Assembly: GCF_006345805.1 (NCBI RefSeq)
Contig: NC_043025.1
Coordinates: 13,330,001 to 13,394,000 of the forward strand
Direction: 5' to 3'
Origin: Octopus sinensis
Taxonomy: Eukaryota
DNA length: 64,000 bases
A program made the translations under genes and the position numbers. Under the pieces are notes generated by a model. That model was not told the origin of the DNA and ran no database searches. It was given only the letters and a program-made list of their open reading frames with translations. Below, in pieces: positions 35,584 through 47,071 of the stretch. The stretch's first letter is position 1; each line of letters starts with the position of its first letter.

Positions 35584-36040
35584 TTGGGTTGTCCGGAAAG
35601 TTCATGTCAATTTACAGTAACTCACCTTTTGGTTTATTTTAGAACATGGTTGAGTCCCTAAAATACGATTTGACTACACCTCCATTCAGAGCACAGTTTA
35701 AGCTATCCTTTCGTGGAAGAAGGTTTATGTTCCTATAACCTGTGTTAATTCTGTAACCCTTTAAAATGGAAGATGAGAAAGTTCATTTTCGGCACTTGAT
35801 GTTTTGGGAACCAGACAAAAATTGCTGCAGCTCGGCTGGGATGTGTTCCCCAACCCTCTATATTCACCAGATATTGCTCCTTTGGATTTCCACTTATTCA
35901 TGTCTCTGAAGAATAGTCTTAATGGTAAAAATTTCAATTCCTTGGATGACGTAAAAAGATACCTTGATGAATTCTTTGCCATGAAAACACCTCAATTCTG
36001 GGAAGAGGGTATTTTCAAGTTAAAGGAAAGATGGAGACAA
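35584..36040 (+). mobile_element. Internally deleted mariner, 3'-truncated
   Basis: TA|TTGGGTTGTCCGGAAAG; same deletion junction (CACTTGATG.TTTGGGAACCAGAC) as 13845-14407. Confidence 0.9.
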
Positions 36041-36065
36041 AAACAGGTGTATAAACAACAAACAG

Positions 36066-36323
36066 ATGTATTAGTTTAACGCTCGGGAAGGTGAGAAAGT
36101 CTTTTTATGTTTCGAGCCTATGCACTTCAACAGAAAGTTCAAAAGGGTTCAAATGTCATGGTGTATTGGAGGGATTTTTCATCAACCGAAGAATCTACTG
36201 AAATCCATATATATATATATGTGTGTGTGTGCATATACATATATATATATATATGTATATATACATTTATATATATATATATATACATACATATACATAT
36301 ATATAATATATATACATATATAC

Positions 36324-36365
<42 letters not shown>

Positions 36366-36942
36366 CATATATATGTGTGTGTGTGTGTTTGGTGTGTGCA
36401 TATATCTATATATATATCTATATATACATATATATATGTCTATATATATATGTAAATATATGCATATATATATATATATACATATATATTATATATGTAT
36501 ATATACATATATATATATGCCACATATATATATGTATATATACATATATATATATATGTCTATATATATATATAAATATATATATATATGCTAATATATA
36601 TATACATATATATAGGTATATATACATATATATATATGCACATATATATATATACATATATATATATGAATATGTATGTATGTATATATATACATATATA
36701 AATGTATATATACATATATATATATATATGTATATGCACACACACAACACACCACAGACATATACATATATATATGGATTTCAGTGGATTGTTCTGTTGA
36801 TGAAAAATTCCTCCAATACACCATGACATTTGAACCCTTTTGAACTTTCTGTATTTTCCTCATTGTGTTCCCTTCTGTTGAAGAGCATAGGCTCGAAACA
36901 TAAAAAGACTTTCTCACCTTCCTGAGCGTTAAACTAATACAT
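36066..36942. repeat. Inverted arms (36066-36210, 36771-36942) around a ~560-bp TA-rich microsatellite; each arm carries a hammerhead-like motif
   Basis: Arms are reverse complements; left arm has an internal deletion of about 26 bp. Confidence 0.88.
36872..36907 (+). ncRNA. Hammerhead-like motif, A6U variant, decayed
   Basis: CUGUUGA-A-GAGC-AUAG-GCUC-GAAA-CAUA|AAAAG; mirror copy at ~36103-36136 (-). Confidence 0.55.
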
Positions 36943-37004
36943 ATATATATGTATGGATGTATCTGTGCGTGGTTGTGTGTGTGTGTGTTTGTTCCCCCAA
37001 CATC

Positions 37005-37335
37005 GCAAGTGTCTTCTACTATAGCCTCGGGCCGACCAAAGCCTTGTGAGTGGATTTGGTAGACGGAAACTGAAAAGAAGCCCGTCGTATATATGTATAT
37101 ATATATATATATACATATATATGTATGTGTGTGTGTGTTTGTCCCCCTAGCATTGCTTGACAACCGATGCTGGTGTGTTTACGTCCCCGTAACTTTGCGC
37201 TGCGGCAAAAAGAGACCGATAGAATAAGTACTAGGCTTACAAAAAATAAGTCCTGGGAGTCGATTTGCTCGACTAAAAGGCGGTGCTCCAGCATGGCCGC
37301 AGTCAAATGGCTGAAACAAGTAAAAGAGAAAAAGG
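37005..37335 (+). mobile_element. SINE family A, 5'-truncated
   Basis: Starts at GCAAGTGTCTT. Confidence 0.85.
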
Positions 37336-37811
37336 AGAATTACGACAATTAAAAAACAGTTAGAAACACATCATGTGTATGAAAAAAAGAAGAAAAAAAT
37401 ACCCTGGAAACGAGAATAGACTTCGTATTTAATGGTAACATGTAGGGAGCGCCTCATACACCCACCTTTGATGGTGAATCTGCAAGAAAACGGAACGCTC
37501 TCTTTATTCGGCTGCACCTTTTGTCGAAGTCAGGTTGGAGTTACCGTTCTTTGCTAAGATGTAGTAATGTCCCTTTGATGAAACTGATAAAGAGCGCAGG
37601 AGTTGCTTCCCCTTTATGAATGGGAACCGGTTACGATTTTTTTTTTCTTTCTATTTGGTCGAACAAAATTTATGAGGACGAACGGAGCTGAGAATGAACA
37701 CCGATAGATATCAGAAGACCCTGATATGTAACAGTTGTTCCTTTCCATGAAATAAGCACATCTTTCCTATTGCGTAACGAGAAATGTCAGAAACCCAAAC
37801 TAGCATAAGAA

Positions 37812-38197
37812 CTAGCAGCGTCACCCGGCGTTGCTCGGATTTGTTTCGACCCTTTAGAATTGGAATTTTTGGAAAATTAAAAATTTTGCATTATGTAGCT
37901 TGTTATTCTCTTTATGTGTATATTTTTCTGGTTGAAATACATCGAAAAATGGTGACACAGCAGTTAAAAATCGTAAAAAATAGGGATTTTCATAGAAAAA
38001 AAAGCACCTTTTTGATGTAAATAATTTTTGGTGTTAACATGGTCCAATTTGAATTTTTTCTTCTACGGAAGAAAGAGCAAGCCTTCTTCTATCATACTCT
38101 CAATTTTGGTCAACTTGCGCCGCAGGGTCTCGGAGGAGATAGTGTTAGTTGAAGGCTACCAAACCTGCCATACACAGACAACTTCAGCTTTATATAT

Positions 38198-38198
<1 letters not shown>
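37812..38198 (-). mobile_element. Non-autonomous Helitron with a different internal body
   Basis: CTAGCAGCGTCACCCGGCGTTGCTCGG terminus; ACAACTTCAGCTTTATATATA at the other end. Confidence 0.7.
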
Positions 38199-38229
<31 letters not shown>

Positions 38230-38239
38230 CATATATACA

Positions 38240-38404
38240 ATGGGCTTCTTTCAGTTTCCGTCTACCAAATCCAACTCACAAGGCTTTGGTCGGCCCGAGG
38301 CTATAGCAAAAGACACTTGCCTAAGGTGCCACGCAGTGGGACTGAAACCCGGAACCATGTGGTTGGTAAGCAAGCTACTTACCATGCAGCCACTCCTATG
38401 CCTA
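38240..38404 (-). mobile_element. SINE family A 5' half
   Basis: Head match. Confidence 0.8.
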
Positions 38405-38415
38405 TTGTTGATATA

Positions 38416-38540
38416 CAGGGTGTCCACAAAGTCTGGGTACATGGAGATTAACACATACTTTAAGAAATTATTATTTCTTATATTTAACTGTTTATGTTAG
38501 GATTTTATTTACTCCATGTACCCAGACTTTGTGGACACCC

Positions 38541-38542
<2 letters not shown>
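38416..38542. mobile_element. Tc1/mariner-type MITE, 127 bp
   Basis: 31-bp TIR TA|CAGGGTGTCCACAAAGTCTGGGTACATGGAG. Confidence 0.88.
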
Positions 38543-38585
<43 letters not shown>

Positions 38586-38596
38586 TATATATATAT

Positions 38597-39171
38597 ACAG
38601 CAGCCATATTCCTACCGCTCTATGTCGTGCTGGTGAGACCCATATTGGAGTACGGGATTCAAGCTGCTTCTCCTTATCTCCTCAAAGACATACAGCATCT
38701 CGAAAGAGTCCAGAAGCTGGCTACCCGCATGGTTCTTGGTCTCAAGAATTTGTCTTATGAAGAAAGGCTGAAGACGCTCGACCTTTATTCTCTAGAAAAA
38801 CGACGACGCCGTGGTGATCTCATTCTTGCTCACAACATCATAAGAGGAAAGTGTAACCTCTCGAAAGAGCTGTTCTTCACTCCTGCTCCAGAGCGTCGGC
38901 TGCGGGGTCACTCCGAAAAGCTCTATCTGCGACGATTTCATCTCAATCGAAGGAGAGGGGTTTTCTCCGTCCGGGTTGTGGATCCGTGGAATAAGCTGCC
39001 GGACGAGATGGTGAAGATGCCGACGACCGCTCGGTTCAAAGTCTCCCTTGACCACAAGTGGCCTGAACTCTTTACATGAACACCACCCTGTACATAACTC
39101 CATGTCCCCCTACATGGCCTTGCTTTTTGCTTTTTGAGCCAAAAAATTAACTAACTAATTAACTAACTAAC
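38597..39171 (+). mobile_element. CR1-clade LINE 3' fragment (open RT C-terminus)
   Basis: LYVVLVRPILEYG...LERVQKLATR...SYEERLKTLDLYSLEKRRRRGDLI...RGHSEKL...FSVRVVDPWNKLP; (TAAC)n tail. Confidence 0.93.
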
Positions 39172-39301
39172 ATATAAATATTGTACTTGATGGCAGAAAA
39201 GAATTAAAGGTAATGCTATAGCATTGTTATAATCTTTATTATTATTATTATTGTTGATATATATATATATATATATATATATTGTATTTGATGGCAGAAA
39301 A

Positions 39302-39542
39302 CAGTGGTTCTCCAGCAGGGTCCAAATTCGATTTTGTTGTTAAAATTTATACACATTAAATCGGTTATATTTCTACAACACATAAAATATTTTAACAATT
39401 TTCTTATAAAAATCCTGAGAATATATATTATTAACAAATATAACGGGGTTTTATTAAACATCAAACAGCCGTGGGGGTCCCATTTGAGTAAAATAGTTCT
39501 CAAAGGGGCCGTAGGTAAAAAACAATGGTTGACAGCCACCAG
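39302..39542. mobile_element. Decayed hAT/Charlie-type MITE
   Basis: CAGTGGTTCTC ... GGTTGACAGCCAC. Confidence 0.5.
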
Positions 39543-39857
39543 AAAGATGCCTGAATATATTATATGGACCCCAATTTCAGCAGTGTATGCTTAGGGAAGA
39601 CATTTTCATATGTAGGACCTGGGGTGAATTTCTGAGACATTTTGAGGGGGAAAATGAATTTTATATACCATTATATATGGTATACATATATATACATCTC
39701 TCTCTCTCTCTCTCTTTTTTTATACGTATAAAAATGTTGGCAGTGTGTCCATATATCTGAAAAAGCCCTCACTAAAACAGAGCAGTAACGTATCTAAATG
39801 CTGTTATGACCATTGGTCACTCTATGACCAGAAATATATTTAACTGCATATAAGATA

Positions 39858-40165
39858 CTAGCAGTATCGCCCGGCGTTGCTCGGGTTTGTAAGGGAAATA
39901 ACTATATAAGCATTTTTAGAGAGTTACTTCCCTTATATAAACCAAGCAAAAATGCATTAAAAATGCGGAAAAATGATGGTAAAATTTTTTTTAAATCGTA
40001 GACTCATCGTAGACGCGCACTAATATCCAGAAGGGCTCGAAATGAATCACGACTATAAGATACCTGCTTTTTGTTAAACTACACCGCAAAATGTGGGAGT
40101 AGTTAGGAATCTAAATCGGAGTAGACAGACACTCACACACACAACTTCAGTTTTATATATAAAGA
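39858..40165 (-). mobile_element. Non-autonomous Helitron
   Basis: Same family as 34433-34740; A|TC...CTAG|T. Confidence 0.82.
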
Positions 40166-40180
40166 TATGCCAGCAGCCCA

Positions 40181-40219
<39 letters not shown>

Positions 40220-40327
40220 TACACACCATATATAATTAAAACATAATTGATACCCCTGCTTGTTGTTCCTTCACCACTCTTTGCCTTTTGATTTCTGAAA
40301 ATTTGAACTATATACATGTGTATAGAC

Positions 40328-40528
40328 CAGTGCTTTTCAAACTTTTTGCTGGAGCGGAACCCCAAGGAAACATTCCACTGGCTCGAGGAAGCCCTGTGCA
40401 ATAATTTAATAGTCTTATGCACACATAATCGCACAGGAGAATTAAAAATTACTGCCGATTTTAGCAGTTTTGTAACTTGTTGCGGAACCCCTGGACTGTA
40501 CTGGCAGAACCCTGGTTGAAAACCACTG
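40328..40528. mobile_element. hAT/Charlie-type MITE, copy 1
   Basis: CAGTGCTTTTCAA ... TTGAAAACCACTG. Confidence 0.85.
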
Positions 40529-40542
40529 GTATATATATGTAT

Positions 40543-40761
40543 CAGTGCTTTTCAAACTTTTTGCTGGAGCGGAACCCCAAGGAAACATTCCACTGGCTCG
40601 AGGAACCCCCGTGCAATAATCTAATAGTTATATGCACACATATCTGCACAGGAGAATTAAAAATTGCTGCTGATTTTAGCAGTTTTGTAACTTCTTGCGG
40701 AACCCCTGGACTGTACTGGCAGAACCCTAAGGTTCCACGGAACCCTGGTTGAAAACCACTG
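40543..40761. mobile_element. hAT/Charlie-type MITE, copy 2
   Basis: Same TIRs; 18 bp longer than copy 1. Confidence 0.85.
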
Positions 40762-41149
40762 GCATAGACACACAAAGACACATTACACTAAGACAAGCAT
40801 GTATTTTTCTGTTTCAAAATTTAAATGCTAGCATTGTGTTCATTTCTTGTGCAAATCGATGCATTTATTCAAAATCTCAGCTGCTGCAGATGATGGTGTT
40901 CGCACATAATTCTCTTGTCAGACTTCTTGAGAACATTTTGAAAGGGAGCTGTGTAGTGTCTGACAGGAATATAGTGTGTAGGGAGCTTTCGTTTTAGGGA
41001 GCACTAGAGCAGTCGTCCACCAATGAAGGAGTGTTTATGAAGTCATTTAATCTCATAGAAACAGCAGCCGAGTCACACCTAAATTGCACTTGACTGTCTT
41101 GAAAACATGAAGGAGATATTTGAATAATGAAATTTAGTCCTAATGATAT

Positions 41150-41378
41150 CTTTTACTTGTTTCAGTCATTGGACTGCAGCCATGCCGGGGTAGGGCCTTG
41201 AAGGGTGTAGTTGAACAAATCTATCCCAGGAATTATGTTCTTTTAAAAGCCTGGGAGTCAATCTATTAGTCTCTTTTGCTGAAGGGCTAACTTACAGAAA
41301 TGTAAACAAACCAACTGCTTGTTAAATGTTGGTAGGGGACAAAAACAAATATAAAGACATACACACACATATATGTAT

Positions 41379-41415
<37 letters not shown>

Positions 41416-41590
41416 CGACGGGCTTCTTTCAGTTTCCATCTACCAAATCCACTCACAAGTCTTTGGTCGACCCAAGGCTATGGTAGAATACACATGCCCA
41501 AGGTGCCACACAGTGGGACTGAACCCGGAACCATGTGGTTGGGAAGCAAGCTTCTTATGATACAGCCCTGCCTGTGCCTTGTGTAAGTGT
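41150..41590 (-). mobile_element. SINE family A, diverged
   Basis: Recognisable head and tail. Confidence 0.75.
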
Positions 41591-41709
41591 CTTCTCCTTT
41601 AACCCCAGGCCAACCAATGCTTTGTGAGTGAAAGTGGTAGATAGAAGCCGTGTAGAAGTTCATCATACCAGAATTGAAAAAAAGTTGCAGGGTCGATTTG
41701 TTTGATTAA

Positions 41710-41930
41710 CCCTTTAGCATTTAAACCGGCCATATCTGGCCAAAAGTATTCTGCCTGTTTTATGGTCAAACTGGCCAGATCTGGTCTCTCACACCAACCC
41801 TACAATATCGTTTTAAAAATTAACAGCTACCTCATCAAAATCTCATAACTACAAGATTAATGCAGGATTAGTTCAAACAATGTGGATAAAAAAGGATTAA
41901 TTTTGGCAGAACGATGTGAACACTAAAGGG
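41710..41930. mobile_element. piggyBac-type MITE
   Basis: TTAA|CCCTTTAG ... CTAAAGGG|TTAA. Confidence 0.82.
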
Positions 41931-42075
41931 TTAAACCTGTCAGGTCCGTGCCCCAGCATGACTGCAGTTCAATTTCTGAGGTAAGTAAATGATAAAAGAT
42001 GAAGACAAAGAGATGGAGGCAAAGACTGACAGGTGGACATACACATCCTTCACGTCCAGTTTGCTTGCATATTTC

Positions 42076-43482
42076 TTAAATGTGAACATAGCCATTGCTG
42101 TGCGTATGATATAATCTCCTTTCCCACCCTGAACGGATTTTCATAAGGTAGCGATCCACGTAGGGAATTAACAGTAGGAATTTCATGATGAAAACTAGAG
42201 CTGGTAGCAGGATGCAGTAGAAACGATTGGATATGGCGATGAACGCAGGCTCCTTGATCCAGAAGGGAACAGCCATGACAAGCACATGGACCGTAACGAA
42301 GAATAGGGTGACGTAGCCAAGCTTGGATTGGAAAAATCGCCATTCCTGCCAATTTAGAGTATTTGAGATTGAAGGCACTGATGTTAGACCAAGAATGCTC
42401 ATGAAGATGAGACCGAGAAGCCCGACGCTGATAGATGTTTCACCAATCCAGTTCATCCGTGATGAAACTTCGAATGCAAAGTTGGTGGTGTTTGTTGGTA
42501 TGTGGATACGAGTGTGTTGGTACCATTCTGGCATTGAGGCCGGGGAGAGGATAATGGCACTGATCACGACATGCCAACAGCTGAAGAGAAGTGCGAAGAG
42601 TCCGAGCATCTTGCGGGACTTCATCCACCGGTCCATGCAATGAGGAAAGCGTTTGTATTTGGTGCCGCGGCAAATCTGCAGGAACGAAGCAAGACAGCCC
42701 GGAAGATAAGAGAGAGCAAGAAGCGTAATGGCCGTCAGACAGACTGGCTTGTTTAGAGCGCTTAACGGCAGGTTACCGAATGGAACTTTTAGCTCTGGAT
42801 GGGTACCGAAAAATATCCCAAACTCAATGGCACACATGGCAAACCAGAAGAAGAAAACAGCAAACGTGAAAAGCGTAGGAGCACCCCAGCCTGACATCAA
42901 CACCAACTGTCGGCACTCCAGCTCCCTAGCGTTTCTTAAGCCCCCCATGTTTAACGTAGAAAATCCCATGTCGTGACAAAGTTCAGATATTGATGTCGAA
43001 GCAGTTTTGTTATTCGAAGCAATCAGGACTCGTCGACTCCCGCCGAAGGAGTCGCTTTCTATGGCGTATGCCGAGAGGGTATTGAAGGCTTTGACGACCT
43101 CTGCCTCGGGAAAGGCATCGGCAAGGATCTCAGCAAGGGACTCCGACTCGTCGTATTCCGTTCGGTTGGAGACATCGACCAGGATCTTATCAGTGAGAAA
43201 ATCCCGGTAGTTCTGGAGAATTGTAAAGATAGCATCGTGGGGAACAGCAAGGATTAATATTTTGATATCAGTGTGAGTCAAACAAGTATGGTTGGATACG
43301 ACATGGGCGTCTTCGAGTGTTTTGTCGATTTCAGTGAGTTTGCGGTCTTGGGGGCAACGGCTGCCCATATACACAGAGTATCCAGACATTATAAGTCTTT
43401 TGGTAATGGCTCGGGCAAAATCTCCGGTGCCAAGAACACCGACGATGTGTTTGTTGTTGTAAGTGACGTTAATTCCATTCAT
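42076..43482 (-). CDS. STEAP: STEAP-family metalloreductase (N-terminal F420H2:NADP+ oxidoreductase-like domain + 6-TM haem domain), 468 aa
   Basis: GVLGTGDFAR nucleotide-binding loop, VVKAFNTLSA, TKYKRFP...RKMLGL, SCWHVV and VTVHVL (candidate haem His), NWQEWRFFQSKLG; paralogue number not assignable; ATG directly follows acceptor TTCTTTCTTCCAG. Confidence 0.96.
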   Translation of the reverse strand: MNGINVTYNNKHIVGVLGTGDFARAITKRLIMSGYSVYMGSRCPQDRKLTEIDKTLEDAHVVSNHTCLTHTDIKILILAVPHDAIFTILQNYRDFLTDKILVDVSNRTEYDESESLAEILADAFPEAEVVKAFNTLSAYAIESDSFGGSRRVLIASNNKTASTSISELCHDMGFSTLNMGGLRNARELECRQLVLMSGWGAPTLFTFAVFFFWFAMCAIEFGIFFGTHPELKVPFGNLPLSALNKPVCLTAITLLALSYLPGCLASFLQICRGTKYKRFPHCMDRWMKSRKMLGLFALLFSCWHVVISAIILSPASMPEWYQHTRIHIPTNTTNFAFEVSSRMNWIGETSISVGLLGLIFMSILGLTSVPSISNTLNWQEWRFFQSKLGYVTLFFVTVHVLVMAVPFWIKEPAFIAISNRFYCILLPALVFIMKFLLLIPYVDRYLMKIRSGWERRLYHTHSNGYVHI

Positions 43483-43699
43483 CTGGAAGAAAGAATAAAA
43501 AGAATGAGAACAAATGAAAAATTGAAATTAGGGTTCGGGTTAAGATTACCCTTTTTTAAAATTTATCTGCATATTTTGTATTTCTTCATTCACTCAATGC
43601 CTGCACCATCCATCCATCCATCATCCATCAATTTAAGCATTCAGTCAGCATTTACACACTTTTTCTATTTACCCATACAACATCCACACATTGTCCATC

Positions 43700-45560
43700 T
43701 ACTTTTCCACTCAACATCTATACACTTTGTCTATCTGTCCACATTGTGTCTATGTTTCCACTCAAAATCTACACGCTGCCTATCTTTCCACTCAACATCT
43801 ATACACTTTGTTTATCTGTCCACACTGTGTCTATCTTTCCACTCAACATCTACACACTGTGTCTATCTTTCCACTCAACATCTATACACTTTGTCTATCT
43901 GTCCACACTGTGTCTATCTTTCCACTCAACATCTATACACTTTGTCTATCTGTCCACACTGTGTCTATCTTTCCACTCAACATCTATACACTTTGTCTAT
44001 CTGTCCACACTGTGTCTATATTTCCACCCAACATCTACACACTGTGTCTATCTTTCCACTCAACATCTATACACTTTGTCTATCTGTCCACACTGTGTCT
44101 ATCTTTCCACTCAAAATCTACACACTGTGTCTATCTTTCCACTCAACATCTACACACTGTGTCTATCTGTCCACACTGTGTCTATATTTCCACCCAACAT
44201 CTACACACTGTGTCTATCTTTCCACTCAACATCTATACACTTTGTCTATCTGTCCACACTGTGTCTATATTTCCACCCAACATCTACACACTGTGTCTAT
44301 CTTTCCACTCAACATCTATACACTTTGTCTATCTGTCCACACTGTGTCTATGTTTCCACTCAAAATCTACACACTGTGTCTATCTTTCCACTCAACATCT
44401 ACACACTGTGTCTATCTTTCCACTCAACATCTATACACTTTGTCTATCTGTCCACACTGTGTCTATATTTCCACCCAACATCTACACACTGTGTCTATCT
44501 TTCCACTCAACATCTATACACTTTGTCTATCTGTCCACACTGTGTCTATCTTTCCACTCAACATCTACACACTGTGTCTATCTTTCCACTCAACATCTAC
44601 ACACTGTGTCTATCTGTCCACACTGTGTCTATATTTCCACCCAACATCTACACACTGTGTCTATCTTTCCACTCAACATCTATACACTTTGTCTATCTGT
44701 CCACACTGTGTCTATATTTCCACCCAACATCTACACACTGTGTCTATCTTTCCACTCAACATCTATACACTTTGTCTATATGTCCACACTGTGTCTATAT
44801 TTCCACTCAACATCTACACACTGTGTCTGTCTTTCCACTCAACATCTACACACTTTGTCTATCTGTCCACACTGTGTCTATATTTCCACCCAACATCTAC
44901 ACACTGTGTCTATCTTTCCACTCAACATCTATACACTTTGTCTATATGTCCACACTGTGTCTATATTTCCACTCAACATCTACACACTGTGTCTGTCTTT
45001 CCACTCAACATCTACACACTTTGTCTATATGTCCACACTGTGTCTATGTTTCCACTCAAAAGCTACATGCTGTCTATCTTTCCACACAAGTGCAGCTGTG
45101 ATACCAGTGCCGGTGGCATGTAAGAGAACCATCCAAACGTGGCCGTTGCCAGCACCGCCCCGACTGGCCTCATACCGGTGGCACGTAAAAACCACCATCC
45201 GTTCGTGGCCGTTGCCAGCTTCACCTGGCCCCCGTGCCAGTGGCACGTAAAAAGCACCATCCGATCGTGGCTGTTTGCCAGCCTCGTCTGGCACCTGTGC
45301 AGGTGGCACGTAAAAAGCACCCACTACACTCACAGAGTGGTTGGCGTTAGGAAGGGCATCCAGCTGTAGAAACACTGCCAGATCAGACTGGAGCCTGGTG
45401 CAGCCTTCTGGCTTCCCAGACCCCAGTTGAACCGTCCAACCCATGCTAGCATGGAGAACGGACGTTAAACGATGATGATGATGATGATGATCTACACACT
45501 GTGTCTATCTTTCCACTCAACATTTACACACTGTGTCTATCTTTCCACTCAACATCTACA
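43700..45560 (+). repeat. Minisatellite of 32-nt (CTATCTTTCCACTCAACATCTACACACTGTGT) and 19-nt (CTATCTGTCCACACTGTGT) units, interrupted by an RTE tail
   Basis: Direct reading; explains the 451-616 aa repetitive ORFs. Confidence 0.93.
45089..45491 (+). mobile_element. RTE 3' UTR fragment inserted into the minisatellite
   Basis: Array resumes after the (GAT)n tail. Confidence 0.85.
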
Positions 45561-45916
45561 ATCTGTGTTTATCCATGCAATATCAAGTCAGTAAATCCTG
45601 TCAACGTCCACACACTGTGTCTGTCTCAGCTTAACTTCTACACACTCTGTCTGTCTGTCTGTCTCTCAATATATCTAATTACTTCTTTATCCAGTCAACA
45701 TCAATGCACTGTCTGTCTGTTTGTCCAAGCACCAAAGACAATTGAAACTGCTGTTTAAGAGAAATTTCAGACTTGTCAAAGTGAATTCTTGGAAATGGTG
45801 AATGAATTAAACCAACAACCTAATCAGATCTGAGCGAGAGTTTGAACGGTATTTAATTAGGTTTAACTGATAAATTTTATCATTGGCAAAACATTGTTTT
45901 TTTAAAATCTCTTTTA

Positions 45917-46330
45917 TTCTTTTACTCTTTTACTTGTTTCAGTCATTTGACTGCGGCCATGCTGGAGCACCGCCTTTAGTCGAGCAAATCGACCCCGGGA
46001 CTTATTCTTTGTAAGCCCAGTACTTATTCTATCGGTCTCATTTGCCAAACCACTAAGTAACGGGGACGTAAACACACCAGCATCGGTTGTCAAGCAATGC
46101 TAGGGGGACAAACACAGACACACAAACACACACACATACATACATATATATATATATACATATATACGACAGGCTTCTTTCAGTTTCCGTCTACCATATC
46201 CACTCACAAGGCATTGGTCGGCCCGGCGCTATAGCAGAAGACACTTGCCCAAGATGCCACGCAGTGGGACTGAACCCGCAACCATGTGGTTGGTTAGCAA
46301 GCTACTTACCACACAGCCACTCCTGCGCCT
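45917..46330 (-). mobile_element. SINE family A, full length
   Basis: Reverse-complement match. Confidence 0.9.
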
Positions 46331-46462
46331 AAATGAATATTTTATTTAAAAATGAATTTTTGTTTTTACAAAATATTACATTAGCTGACTGTCTATTATT
46401 TTATATTTTAAAATTCTGTCAAAACCAGAATCACATGATGCATTTATGTAACTCAGTACACA

Positions 46463-46533
<71 letters not shown>

Positions 46534-46616
46534 ACACACACACTCATACAAACATATACAATTTCATCATATCCGTCTGCATTCTTTTACAATGACTTAA
46601 GCAAGTAACATGCATT

Positions 46617-46649
<33 letters not shown>

Positions 46650-46653
<4 letters not shown>

Positions 46654-46822
46654 GGATTAACCAGAAAATTCATACTGGTTAATTCCGTAATGGAATCGGC
46701 GGCTTATATTTATTTGCTGCCGATAAATTTGGCGCGAGTGCGATGATTTGAAAATTTTAGTTCAGATATTGCCGAGGCAGGGACGGGAATGCCTCGTGAA
46801 AAATATCTGTTCCGACTTGGCT
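46650..46822 (+). ncRNA. Three consecutive RNA hairpins upstream of a hammerhead
   Basis: 46650-64/46675-89 (15 bp), 46695-703/46716-24 (9 bp), 46763-70/46802-09 with inner 46773-79/46790-96; G-U pairs on + strand. Confidence 0.65.
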
Positions 46823-46929
46823 ATTTCTTACTGATGAATCTAAGGGCCTATGGTAGATTGGCTTGATTTAATTTAATCAGGTTAGTTTACCATTAAACAG
46901 TAGATGAAACGGTGCATCGTATAAGAAAT
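46823..46929 (+). ncRNA. Complete type I hammerhead ribozyme with extended stem II
   Basis: AUUUCUUA-CUGAUGA-AUCUA...UAGAU-GAAA-CGG-UGCA-UCG-UA|UAAGAAAU; 8-bp stem I, 5-bp stem II base, 4-bp stem III; predicted cleavage after 46921. Confidence 0.9.
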
Positions 46930-47071
46930 TACAGGGTAAATGTTTTTTAATTTTCTCCTGGTTTACGGAATTGATGTTATTTTGCGGTTGTAGCTTTTGG
47001 CTGTTATTTCTAGTGGGTGAATGGCCTATTATGGCCGTTCCTTGATTGTGATATATATATATATATATATA

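Noticed and set aside
37380-37790. Possible mariner transposase remnant on the minus strand (KIVTG)
   Set aside because: Only a 4-residue match, with no other motif or TIR.
43273-45250. Long ORFs of 616, 519 and 451 aa
   Set aside because: They run antisense to STEAP and through the 32/19-nt minisatellite; several frames are open only because the repeat lacks stops.
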